A stretch of 64,000 nt of DNA from positions 5,756 through 69,755 of the forward strand of contig JBGURX010000019.1 of the NCBI GenBank assembly GCA_045132235.1, written 5' to 3'. The DNA is from Bacteroidales bacterium (GTDB lineage: Bacteria; Bacteroidota; Bacteroidia; Bacteroidales; WCHB1-69). Below are positions 18,570-26,535 of the stretch, piece by piece (position 1 is the first letter of the stretch; each line of letters begins with the position of its first letter). The position numbers were made by a program, and so were the translations under genes. The notes under the pieces were generated by a model, which ran no database searches, was not told the origin of the DNA, and saw nothing but the letters and a program-made list of their open reading frames with translations.

Positions 18570-20078
18570 ATGAAAAGAATACTCCTCTGTATCAGTTTGA
18601 TTTCCCTGCTCACGGTTGCAGGCTTCGCCCAGAAGAAAAAGGGTGACACGCCGGCGGAACCTGTCCAGAAGCACCTGCTGGCCATCCTGAACTACAACGC
18701 CTACTGCACCGACGAGCAGCAGCCCTATATCGAGTTCCAGTTCATCATCGACGGCAGCACCGCCCACTACATTCCCGCCTCTCCCGACACCTACGCCGCC
18801 GAAATCGACATCGAGGTGGAGGTGCGCAAGACCGAAGGCGACGAGCCTGTCGGCAAGCTCCACTACATCCTCGTCAGTCCGCAGACCCGCGACTCAGTGT
18901 CGGAAGAAAAAACATATTTCAGCGACATGCGCAATATGGCCGTCCCCAATGGCGAGTATTACCTTTATTTCAAGCTGAAGGATGTGCATGGCAACAGCGA
19001 CACCCTCCGCTATGTGGACTACCTGCAGGTGAATTATCCTGAAAACGAAGTGGCGGTGTCGGGCATTTCGCTCTACAGCCGCACCTCGCGCAGCGGCGAC
19101 GGCGGTGTCTTCTACAAATATGAGATGGCCACCACCCCGCTGTTCCAGCAATATGCGCCCGAGAATCTGTACGCCCTACCCTTCACTGCCGAAATCTACA
19201 ACACCGACAAAGCGTTAGGAAACGGCAACTTCATCGTCAAGGCCGAAATAGCAGAGCTCGGACGCGCCGCAGCGCCCGAATACACCATGACGCGCACGAT
19301 GAAGGCCGCACCGGCCGCCATCTTCTTCCATATTTTCAACATCTACATGCTGCCCTCCGGCAACTACCACCTCAACCTGTACGTGCTGGATGCCGACTCC
19401 AACCTGCTCGCCAGCTCCGCCGCCTTCTTCCAGCGCAGCAATCCGAGAGTGAAAATCGATCTCGCCAATTATGACAACGTGGTGGTGGAGAACACTTTCG
19501 TGGAAAAGATGACCGACCTCAAGCAGCTGCAGTATGACGTGGCCACCCTCTTCCCCATCGGCAACCGCATCGAGCAGGACTTTTTCACCCAGAACATGAA
19601 AAAGGTGCCGCTCGACCAGCTGCAACGCTACTTCTACAGCTTCTGGGTAAGCCGCAGCCCCAACGACCCCGAAGGGGCATGGCTGGCCTACAAGAAAAAG
19701 GTCGAGTTTGTGAACGAGCGGTACGGCAGCAAGGTCATCGAGGGCTTCCGCACCGACCGCGGCCGCGTGTATCTGCGCTACGGACCGCCGAACACCATCA
19801 CCGAGGAGCCTTACGACCCACAGGCCTACCCCTACGAGATATGGCACTACTATGAAATCGGCCAGCAGACCAACGTGAAGTTCATCTTCTACAACCGCGA
19901 CCTTGTGACCAACAACTACGAGCTGCTGCACTCCGACTACATCGGCGAGCTGCACGACCCCGCATGGCAGATGAAGCTCGTGAAGCGCCTCAACCCCAAC
20001 TCCAACCCCGACATCACCACGCCAGACGAATACTGGGGCGGACATGCCGGCGAATACTACAAGTACAACCGCCAGTAA
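18570..20078 (+). CDS. GWxTD domain-containing protein
   Basis: Signal peptide, and a C-terminal EGFRTDRGRVYLRYGPPNTI...YPYEIWHYY pattern characteristic of the GWxTD family. Confidence 0.7.
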   Translation: MKRILLCISLISLLTVAGFAQKKKGDTPAEPVQKHLLAILNYNAYCTDEQQPYIEFQFIIDGSTAHYIPASPDTYAAEIDIEVEVRKTEGDEPVGKLHYILVSPQTRDSVSEEKTYFSDMRNMAVPNGEYYLYFKLKDVHGNSDTLRYVDYLQVNYPENEVAVSGISLYSRTSRSGDGGVFYKYEMATTPLFQQYAPENLYALPFTAEIYNTDKALGNGNFIVKAEIAELGRAAAPEYTMTRTMKAAPAAIFFHIFNIYMLPSGNYHLNLYVLDADSNLLASSAAFFQRSNPRVKIDLANYDNVVVENTFVEKMTDLKQLQYDVATLFPIGNRIEQDFFTQNMKKVPLDQLQRYFYSFWVSRSPNDPEGAWLAYKKKVEFVNERYGSKVIEGFRTDRGRVYLRYGPPNTITEEPYDPQAYPYEIWHYYEIGQQTNVKFIFYNRDLVTNNYELLHSDYIGELHDPAWQMKLVKRLNPNSNPDITTPDEYWGGHAGEYYKYNRQ

Positions 20079-20668
20079 TGAAACGCACCTTCGACATCGT
20101 GAGCTGCACCCTCGCCGTGCTGCTGCTGTTCCCCTTCGGACTCCTCATCGCGCTGTGCATTGTTTGCGGGTCGAAAGGCGGCGTGTTCTACCGGCAGGTT
20201 CGTGTAGGCAAAGACGGAAAAGATTTCAAGCTACTGAAATTCAGAACCATGCGACCCAATGCCGACCGGCAGGGACTGCTCATCACGGTGGGCAACGACC
20301 AGCGCATCACCCGCATCGGCGGTTTCCTGCGGAAATACAAGATCGACGAGCTGCCGCAGCTGCTCAACATCATCAAGGGCGATATGAGCGTGGTGGGGCC
20401 TCGTCCCGAGGTGCGCCGGTATGTGGAGCTGTATGATGAGCGCCAGCGGCGTGTGCTCACCGTGCGGCCGGGGCTCACCGACTACGCCTCCCTGAAGTAC
20501 ATTTCCGAAAGCGAGCTGTTGGCGAAAAGCGACGATCCCGAAAAAACCTACATCGAAGAAATCATGCCCGCCAAACTGGAGCTAAACCTTCAATATATTG
20601 ACAATCAATCATTAAAAGAAGATCTCAAACTCATCTTCCAAACCCTGTTTTCCATTTTCAAGAAATAG
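20078..20668 (+). CDS. Polyprenyl-phosphate sugar-1-phosphate transferase (bacterial sugar transferase family)
   Basis: MKRTFDIVSCTLAVLLLFPFGLLIAL..., KLLKFRTM, DELPQLLNIIKGDMSVVGPRP. The ATG at 20078 shares one nucleotide with the upstream TAA stop. Confidence 0.85.
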   Translation: MKRTFDIVSCTLAVLLLFPFGLLIALCIVCGSKGGVFYRQVRVGKDGKDFKLLKFRTMRPNADRQGLLITVGNDQRITRIGGFLRKYKIDELPQLLNIIKGDMSVVGPRPEVRRYVELYDERQRRVLTVRPGLTDYASLKYISESELLAKSDDPEKTYIEEIMPAKLELNLQYIDNQSLKEDLKLIFQTLFSIFKK

Positions 20669-20713
20669 AAAATGGGGTAAATGATCGAACGAGAAATGAG
20701 GAATAGTATAGTA

Positions 20714-21277
20714 TCAATATCGCGACCCATTTCCATATACTTTTACAAATGACATTTTCCCAAATCGTATCGTTTTTTCGAGTAAAATCGTGTCTTTATT
20801 GTATAATTTGTTTGTTCGCATTTCCATTTCAGCTTCCCAGTATGAATTTTCATTTGCATTCAAAAAATGATCCGAAGAATGTCTGTATTTTTTGAATTTA
20901 CTTACTCGTATATCCCCATTATCATAATGGCATATCCATGAATTACACTTTCCTCTACGAACAAATATATTTTCTACAACCAACGAATCAGTGTTCTTGG
21001 TTGAGTCAGCGTGTGGATATATTCGCACCTGAAATATGGTGTCATTTTTTAATCCGAAGAAAAAAGGCGGAATGAGCGGCCTCTCATATTCAATTCCGTG
21101 GACATGATTTCCTGAGGAATCAACGATATTATACCCCATATTCTTCTCAGAATTTTTTTCTTTCGGGATGATAATGCTCACATTACTGATTGTATATGCA
21201 AAAGGTAAAAGTCCAAAATAAAACAGCAAGATTTTAATATTCATAATTTTGCACATAATATTACGGATACTTGTCAT
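20714..21277 (-). CDS. Putative immunity protein for the adjacent Rhs-CT toxin
   Basis: AT-rich. Its start overlaps the toxin stop (ATGA at 21274-21277). An N-terminal hydrophobic signal or anchor is present (MNIKILLFYFGLLPFAYT). The call rests on position and coupling only. Confidence 0.55.
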   Translation of the reverse strand: MTSIRNIMCKIMNIKILLFYFGLLPFAYTISNVSIIIPKEKNSEKNMGYNIVDSSGNHVHGIEYERPLIPPFFFGLKNDTIFQVRIYPHADSTKNTDSLVVENIFVRRGKCNSWICHYDNGDIRVSKFKKYRHSSDHFLNANENSYWEAEMEMRTNKLYNKDTILLEKTIRFGKMSFVKVYGNGSRY

Positions 21278-22059
21278 TGACGAGGCCTATATGGAAGTGC
21301 GTATATTTCACTATCCTGCCTTCTTTCTTTAAATGTAATATTTATTGGAATCAACTGGGGATTTTCTTCGTTATAGTATAAAAGGCCATAACATTTATGG
21401 AGACCTTCTATTCTTTGAGTTTTCGAAGCATTTTCCCATGTATAATAATTTTCACCAGTTCGCCAAAGGGTACCCTTATACATTTCAACATTGGCGTTAT
21501 ATTCATCGGACAGGTCATATGCTAAAGGCCACCAAGTTCCTTTTCTTTTCACAAACCCGAGTTCTCCATATTCAAATTGCATTGCATGTTCGGTTTCGTG
21601 TTTTAGCATGGTAAATATAGTTTCACCTCCTAATCTGTCATCATTCGAGAGAAAATAATTGACAAATATCTTTTCCCCATCGGTGCTCAAAAAAGATTTT
21701 GCCGAGTACATATTTTCAACTGTACAATATCTTTTGGCAAAAACATAAACCTCATTAGAATTTTTCAGTTCATTGAATTTGTCTCGGAAAGACCGATCGA
21801 AAACACGACTTATAAAAACAATTAGTTTATCTTCAAATGAATTGTATTCTACTATCCTCCCGTCCGGGTCTATCAACCGCACCGGATTATTCCCACAATA
21901 CGTGTATGGAGAGGTCGAGGGGTACTTGTCGGACATCGGGTCCACGCTGAGCCAGATGGAGAGTGTGGAGGTTCCGGCAAAGCCGGAATGGCGGTGCCGT
22001 GCCAAGTGGGTGGGCGGGGATGCGGTTGTACGGGGATGCGGGGACAGGTTGTGGGGCAT
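21274..22059 (-). CDS. Orphan Rhs/YD-repeat C-terminal fragment with an HExxH metallopeptidase-like toxin domain
   Basis: It contains the Rhs core-end junction LSIWLSVDPMSDKYPSTSPYTYCGNNPVRLIDPDGR, followed by a roughly 190 aa variable domain with LKHETEHAMQF (HExxH). There are no upstream YD repeats, and the region is AT-rich. Confidence 0.75.
   Translation of the reverse strand: MPHNLSPHPRTTASPPTHLARHRHSGFAGTSTLSIWLSVDPMSDKYPSTSPYTYCGNNPVRLIDPDGRIVEYNSFEDKLIVFISRVFDRSFRDKFNELKNSNEVYVFAKRYCTVENMYSAKSFLSTDGEKIFVNYFLSNDDRLGGETIFTMLKHETEHAMQFEYGELGFVKRKGTWWPLAYDLSDEYNANVEMYKGTLWRTGENYYTWENASKTQRIEGLHKCYGLLYYNEENPQLIPINITFKERRQDSEIYALPYRPRQ
21881..21970 (-). repeat. Rhs core-end junction sequence, copy 1
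   Basis: About 90 nt that aligns by eye with 23429-23517, for example ACCGGATT..CACAATACGTGTA.GGAGA...GGGTACTTGTC.GACAT.GGGTC.AC.CT.A.CCAGATGGAGAGTGTGGA. Confidence 0.8.
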
Positions 22060-22228
22060 GGGGCGGAGGTGTTGAATTGTCGATCTGTTGATTTGTTTGC
22101 GGAGAGGTGGGCAAAGATGGAGAACTTGGAAGCTTGAATATTGTGAGAAAACATCTATCCTTCACTTGTAGTCGGCTATTTCTTAAATTGTGGTTTGTTC
22201 ATTGGTGAGATTGCATTTTCGCGCAAAT

Positions 22229-22786
22229 TTATTGCTTTTTGAAGGGGTAAACGATGCCAATCACATCTTCATTAACAACAATGTATTGTTCGCCATTTAC
22301 CATTTCAATAATTTTGCGAGTGCTCTTAAAAGGTTTGCCTGAATACAAATCTTTTACGATAGCATTCAATGAAATATAAAGTTGTTCCCACACATATTGC
22401 TCTCTTTTTAGAATACGTCTGTTTTTTTTATCTATAGCTGCGTAATGAATGCAGCTGTCATTGCAATTCCTGCTCATTGCAAAGATAGCTCGCCCCCCCT
22501 TTGGCCATGTCACATAAATGTTATAGATATCAGCCTCAAGGACATGCCCATACACAGTCCTATTTTCGTCAATACTATCTGATTTGATATGTAATATGAT
22601 GCTCAAAAAAGGTTTACATGGTTCGTTAACATCAGCAAAAATGGAGTCATTATAAATCCCCCGCTCAATGAATAACCATCCGATTTCGTGCCCACCATCA
22701 ACAATCAATGTGTCATGTATCTGTCCCGATACTTCATTATTCCACCACCCTAAAAAAAATAAAATTGTTATAAGATATTTATACAT
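22229..22786 (-). CDS. Putative immunity protein for the second (decayed) Rhs-CT toxin
   Basis: Signal peptide MYKYLITILFFLGWWNNEVSGQ. It starts 2 nt after the toxin remnant's stop, and the region is AT-rich. Confidence 0.5.
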   Translation of the reverse strand: MYKYLITILFFLGWWNNEVSGQIHDTLIVDGGHEIGWLFIERGIYNDSIFADVNEPCKPFLSIILHIKSDSIDENRTVYGHVLEADIYNIYVTWPKGGRAIFAMSRNCNDSCIHYAAIDKKNRRILKREQYVWEQLYISLNAIVKDLYSGKPFKSTRKIIEMVNGEQYIVVNEDVIGIVYPFKKQ

Positions 22787-22788
22787 AA

Positions 22789-23586
22789 TTATTTAAATAA
22801 TAATTCTTCAAGTAGATTATCTTGATTTACTCCCATTGTGTATCCTTTTTTTTGTTCATATATACCAGCTTCATTCGCAACTGAGAATTCACGAAATCCA
22901 GCTGTTATCGCGCTAAAAATCTTGTTAAAATCTTCACTGTTTTTCCATTGTCTATTTGAAAAGGCAAGTGTAGCATCAAAGTATTCTTTATTATCCATGC
23001 CGGGACGCATATTTAACCAACCAGCTAATCCTTCATCACAAACGAGAACCTCAAACATATACGCCTCTACTTCGTTATGTATAGTTCTCCCACATTGGTT
23101 ACGTAGACATTGATATGCATGAAACATTTCATGAGCAATGAATGGTTGTCTCGTTCCAAATTTGATGCTTTGTATTCAAGTATATCGTTTTATCTGGGTT
23201 ATAGAAGCATGGTGCATCTTCACCAGGACATTTTTCGGTAAAAATATAATATGTAACTCCTTTAACATTTAGTGCATCAATAACTTTTTTCCCAATTTAG
23301 TGGCATATATTTTTTCCATTTTATTCCATATAGCAGCGACTTCTGTATTTTCCCCTTCATATGTTTGCCCTGGATTATACTTCTCTGTTCCGATTACCCA
23401 TTCTCTCCCATCCTCATCCACCAACCTCACCGGATTGTTCGCACAATACGTGTACGGAGACACTCCAGGGTACTTGTCCGACATAGGGTCAACACTCAAC
23501 CAGATGGAGAGTGTGGAATGGTAGTGCCGCTTATATGACAGCACCATAGTAACCGATACGGACGATGTGTTCATGGAAACTTTCAT
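22789..23586 (-). pseudogene. Frameshifted orphan Rhs C-terminal toxin (HExxH type)
   Basis: It reads in three frames. Frame a (23586-23269) gives ...STLSIWLSVDPMSDKYPGVSPYTYCANNPVRLVDEDGR...KLGKKLLMH*. Frame b (about 23282-23129) gives IDALNVKGVTYYIFTEKCPGEDAPCFYNPDKTIYLNTKHQIWNETTIHCS*. Frame c (23175-22789) gives IQSIKFGTRQPFIAHEMFHAYQCLRN.... I translated all three by hand. Confidence 0.75.
23429..23517 (-). repeat. Rhs core-end junction sequence, copy 2
   Basis: See 21881-21970. It encodes TLSIWLSVDPMSDKYP..SPYTYC.NNPVRL. Confidence 0.8.
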
Positions 23587-23605
23587 GAAGCATAATTTGA
23601 GCCGT

Positions 23606-23613
23606 CAAAGATA
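23606..23613 (-). promoter_or_regulatory. Candidate -7 box directly upstream of the decayed Rhs fragment
   Basis: The plus strand reads CAAAGATA, which is TATCTTTG on the minus strand. It lies 20 nt upstream of the ATG at 23586. Confidence 0.4.
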
Positions 23614-23826
23614 CAAATCTTTTGGTTACGTTTGCAAGCCATCAGAAAATAATTCGTAATTTTGTCCCGTTGTATTTTCAGATTCTGTTGAAGGATTGGC
23701 ACGGTCTGGAGATGCAGCTAAAATGATCAATTTATGAACAAATGCCGTGATAATTTCCCATTCATCAAGCTCATTCTTCATAAACACTAACAGTGAATGA
23801 AGAGAACCCCGTCGGTTTACGTACAA

Positions 23827-23864
23827 GAAAAAAGCACTTGCAACAAATGTTGCAAGTGCTTTTT
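23827..23864 (-). terminator. Rho-independent terminator after tRNA-Val
   Basis: Perfect 12 bp stem AGCACTTGCAAC-AAAT-GTTGCAAGTGCT (23833-23860). On the minus strand it is followed by a T run. Confidence 0.8.
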
Positions 23865-23867
23865 CAT

Positions 23868-23945
23868 TGGTGGGAACAACAAGGTTCGAACTTGTGACCC
23901 CCTGCTTGTAAGGCAGGTGCTCTGAACCAACTGAGCTATGCTCCC
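23868..23945 (-). tRNA. tRNA-Val (anticodon TAC)
   Basis: The reverse complement reads GGGAGCATAGCTCAGTTGGTTCAGAGCACCTGCCTTACAAGCAGGGGGTCACAAGTTCGAACCTTGTTGTTCCCACCA. The cloverleaf is consistent, with anticodon loop CTTACAA and an encoded CCA. Confidence 0.9.
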
Positions 23946-23963
23946 GTCTCACGAATGAGGCTG

Positions 23964-23971
23964 CAAAAATA
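23964..23971 (-). promoter_or_regulatory. Candidate -7 box for tRNA-Val
   Basis: The plus strand reads CAAAAATA. It lies 19 nt upstream of the tRNA 5' end. Confidence 0.5.
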
Positions 23972-24053
23972 CACAATTTTTCCTTACCCGCAACATTTTG
24001 CGGATAAAATTCAGCCATTCTTACAAAATATTCTAAATCAAATATTTATAAGA

Positions 24054-25604
24054 TTATTTGGGCTGTAATTTTATAAATGGGATCATCATCTCCTCCAAAG
24101 AGATGCCGCCGTGTTGGAAGGTGTCTTTGTAATAATTGACATAATAGGAGTAGTTGTTGGGGTACGCCAGGAACGAATTGCCCATGGCAAACACAAACGA
24201 GGAGGTGAGGTTCTCTTTGGGAAGGAAAATCTTCTCGGGCGACTTCACCTCGAAAATCTCCTTCGAGCTGCAGTCGAGGTTGCGCCCCACCTTGTAGCGC
24301 AAATTGCTGTTGGTGTTGCGGTCGCCCACAATCTTCACCGGCCGCTCGATCTTGATGGTGCCATGATCGGTGGTGAGGTAAATCGGCACCTTCTTTTCGG
24401 CCAAGAACTTCACCATCTCCAGCATCACGGAGTTGGCGAACCACGTGGCCGTGACATGGCGGTACGACTTCTCGTCGTTGGCCAGCTCGCGAATCAAATC
24501 CACATCGGTGCGGGCGTGCGAAAGCATATCCACAAAGTTGAAAACCACCACATTGAGCGGATTGTGAAGCATGCCGTGGAAGCTGTCAAGCACCTTTTTT
24601 CCAAAATCCATATTGAGAATTTTGGAGAAAGAGAGTTTTGGATTCTTGCCAAAACGCTTCAAATACTCCTCCAACAGAGGCTGCTCGAACTGGTTCTTGC
24701 CGCCCTCGTCGTTTTCATTAAGCCAATATTTCGGATATTTCCGTTGGATTTCGGAAGGCATCAGTCCGGCGAACATGGCATTGCGGGCGTAGTGGGTGGC
24801 AGTGGGTAAAATACTGTAAAACAGCGTTTCTTCCTCCACATGGTAGTAAGGATGAATCATGGGAAGGATGGCCCGCCACTGGTCGTAGCGCAGGTTGTCG
24901 ATGACAAAAAGGAAGGCGGTCTTTCCCTCCTGCAGGTCAGGGAAAAGTTTTTCTTTTAAGATGGTATGCGAGAAAAGCGGTTTCTCGTCACCGCGCCCGT
25001 TGATCCAATCTTCATAGTGGTTGGCCACAAAACGCGAGAAACGGCTGTTGGCCTCCAGCTTCTGGTCGGCGAGAATCTCGCCCACGCCGGCGTCCTCGAT
25101 GCGTTCGAGGTCGAGTTCCCACTTCACCAGCTCGCGATACACCAGCTCCCACTCGGCGCAGGTGTTGCTGTCTGAAATCTTCATCGCGATGTCGCGAAAA
25201 GCCTGCTGGTAGGCCTGCGTGTTCTTCTCGGTAAGGATGTCGCTTCGGTTGATGTTCTTCTTCAAACAAAGCAGTATCTGATTGGGATTCACGGGTTTGA
25301 TGAGGTAGTCGGCGATGTCGGAGCCGATGGCATCCTCCATGATATGCTCCTCTTCGCTCTTGGTAATCATCACCACGGGAATCTGCGGCCGCACCGCCTT
25401 GAGGTGCTTCAGCGTCTCGATGCCGCTCAGTCCGGGCATGTTCTCATCCAAAAATACAATATCCACCGACTCCTTGTCGATGATGTCAATGGCCTCGTTG
25501 CCGCTGACAGCGGGAATAACGTCGTAACCTTTGTTTTTCAGGAAAATGATGTGGGGCTTCAGAAGGTCGATTTCATCGTCAGCCCAAAGAATTTTCGTAC
25601 TCAT
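24054..25604 (-). CDS. porX: PorX-type response regulator (CheY receiver plus PglZ/alkaline-phosphatase-like domain), T9SS regulator
   Basis: The N-terminus MSTKILWADDEIDLLKPHIIFLKNKGYDV...FLDENMPGLSG...VVMITKSEEEHIMEDAIGSDIADYLIKPVNPNQILL closely matches my recollection of Porphyromonas gingivalis PorX. The length (516 aa) also fits. Confidence 0.8.
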   Translation of the reverse strand: MSTKILWADDEIDLLKPHIIFLKNKGYDVIPAVSGNEAIDIIDKESVDIVFLDENMPGLSGIETLKHLKAVRPQIPVVMITKSEEEHIMEDAIGSDIADYLIKPVNPNQILLCLKKNINRSDILTEKNTQAYQQAFRDIAMKISDSNTCAEWELVYRELVKWELDLERIEDAGVGEILADQKLEANSRFSRFVANHYEDWINGRGDEKPLFSHTILKEKLFPDLQEGKTAFLFVIDNLRYDQWRAILPMIHPYYHVEEETLFYSILPTATHYARNAMFAGLMPSEIQRKYPKYWLNENDEGGKNQFEQPLLEEYLKRFGKNPKLSFSKILNMDFGKKVLDSFHGMLHNPLNVVVFNFVDMLSHARTDVDLIRELANDEKSYRHVTATWFANSVMLEMVKFLAEKKVPIYLTTDHGTIKIERPVKIVGDRNTNSNLRYKVGRNLDCSSKEIFEVKSPEKIFLPKENLTSSFVFAMGNSFLAYPNNYSYYVNYYKDTFQHGGISLEEMMIPFIKLQPK

Positions 25605-25678
25605 GCGTCTGAATTTTAGTATAAAACAAACGCACGAATGGCGGTTTTAGTACACCTGCGGAGAATTTTTGCCCTCCC

Positions 25679-26242
25679 CTATTCGCGGATGACGGCGAAG
25701 TTGTAGTCGTCCACAAACTTGATCATGCGGGAGGGCTTGAAGTCGGTGGAGTCGGCGAAAGACTCGGGCACGACATAGTCAACGCGCTCGCGGATGACGG
25801 GCGAGATGTCACCGAAGACGGCCGGCGAGTGCTGTCCGGAGATGTTGGCGGAGGTAGATACCAGCGGGCGGTTCAGCGCCTTGATGAGCTTCCGGCAGAA
25901 GCAGTCGTGCACCACGCGGATGGCGAGGGTGCCGTCGGACGGGAGCATGATGTCGGGCAGGTTGAAGGCGGTGGGATAGACGAAGGTGGTGGGGCGTTCC
26001 ACCATCTGCAGCAAGTCCCACGCTATCAGCGGGATGTTCCGGACATACAGCGGCAGCTTGTCGGCCTTGTCAAGCAGCACCAGCATACTCTTGCTCTCCT
26101 GCCGTTCCTTGATTTCGAAAATGCGTCGCACGGCGGCCTCGTTGGTCGCATCGCATCCGATGCCCCACACGGTGTCGGTGGGGTACAGGATCACCTTGCC
26201 GTCGAGCAACAGATCCACACACCGTTTGATTTCTTCTTCCAT
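25679..26242 (-). CDS. tsaC: L-threonylcarbamoyladenylate synthase (TsaC/YrdC family)
   Basis: Motifs ILYPTDTVWGIGCDA and VSTSANISG are present; 187 aa. Confidence 0.85.
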   Translation of the reverse strand: MEEEIKRCVDLLLDGKVILYPTDTVWGIGCDATNEAAVRRIFEIKERQESKSMLVLLDKADKLPLYVRNIPLIAWDLLQMVERPTTFVYPTAFNLPDIMLPSDGTLAIRVVHDCFCRKLIKALNRPLVSTSANISGQHSPAVFGDISPVIRERVDYVVPESFADSTDFKPSRMIKFVDDYNFAVIRE

Positions 26243-26256
26243 GGTCGTATGTTTTT

Positions 26257-26514
26257 TTATTGTTCTTCCGATTGTCGCTCCAGCTCGGCTTCGTCAAAAC
26301 CTTGGTTCTCAGCCAAGAAACGGCGGGCAGCCTCTTCGTCGGCCGACTCCACCTGAACCTTGATGCCGCCGGTGAGCACCGACATGAAATTTCCTACCGT
26401 GTTGTCCTTGATGTAGCAGCTGATTCCAGCATCCTCCAAAATGGTGCGGATGACCTCTGCCTGCGAGCTGAAGTCCACCACTGCTACGGTTACCAATTTC
26501 AAGTTGTCTTTCAT
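26257..26514 (-). CDS. DUF2007-like small protein
   Basis: 85 aa. The pattern LVTVAVVDFSSQAEVIRTILEDAGISCYIKD...IKVQVESADEEAARRFL fits the DUF2007 family. Confidence 0.55.
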   Translation of the reverse strand: MKDNLKLVTVAVVDFSSQAEVIRTILEDAGISCYIKDNTVGNFMSVLTGGIKVQVESADEEAARRFLAENQGFDEAELERQSEEQ

Positions 26515-26535
26515 AATATAATAATTTACAATATT

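Noticed and set aside
20669-23945. Classical integrase-mediated genomic island at tRNA-Val.
   Set aside because: I found no integrase or recombinase gene. I also found no convincing direct repeat of the tRNA-Val 3' end at the far boundary; only a weak GATCGAAC resemblance occurs near 20685. The island is better described as an Rhs orphan array next to a tRNA gene.
23626-24018. A 130 aa minus-strand ORF spanning the tRNA-Val locus, plus a possible 51 aa sub-ORF (23626-23781, MKNELDEWEIITAF...).
   Set aside because: The long ORF reads through the tRNA gene and its terminator. The short sub-ORF has no recognisable family, no clear promoter, and cannot be supported from sequence alone.
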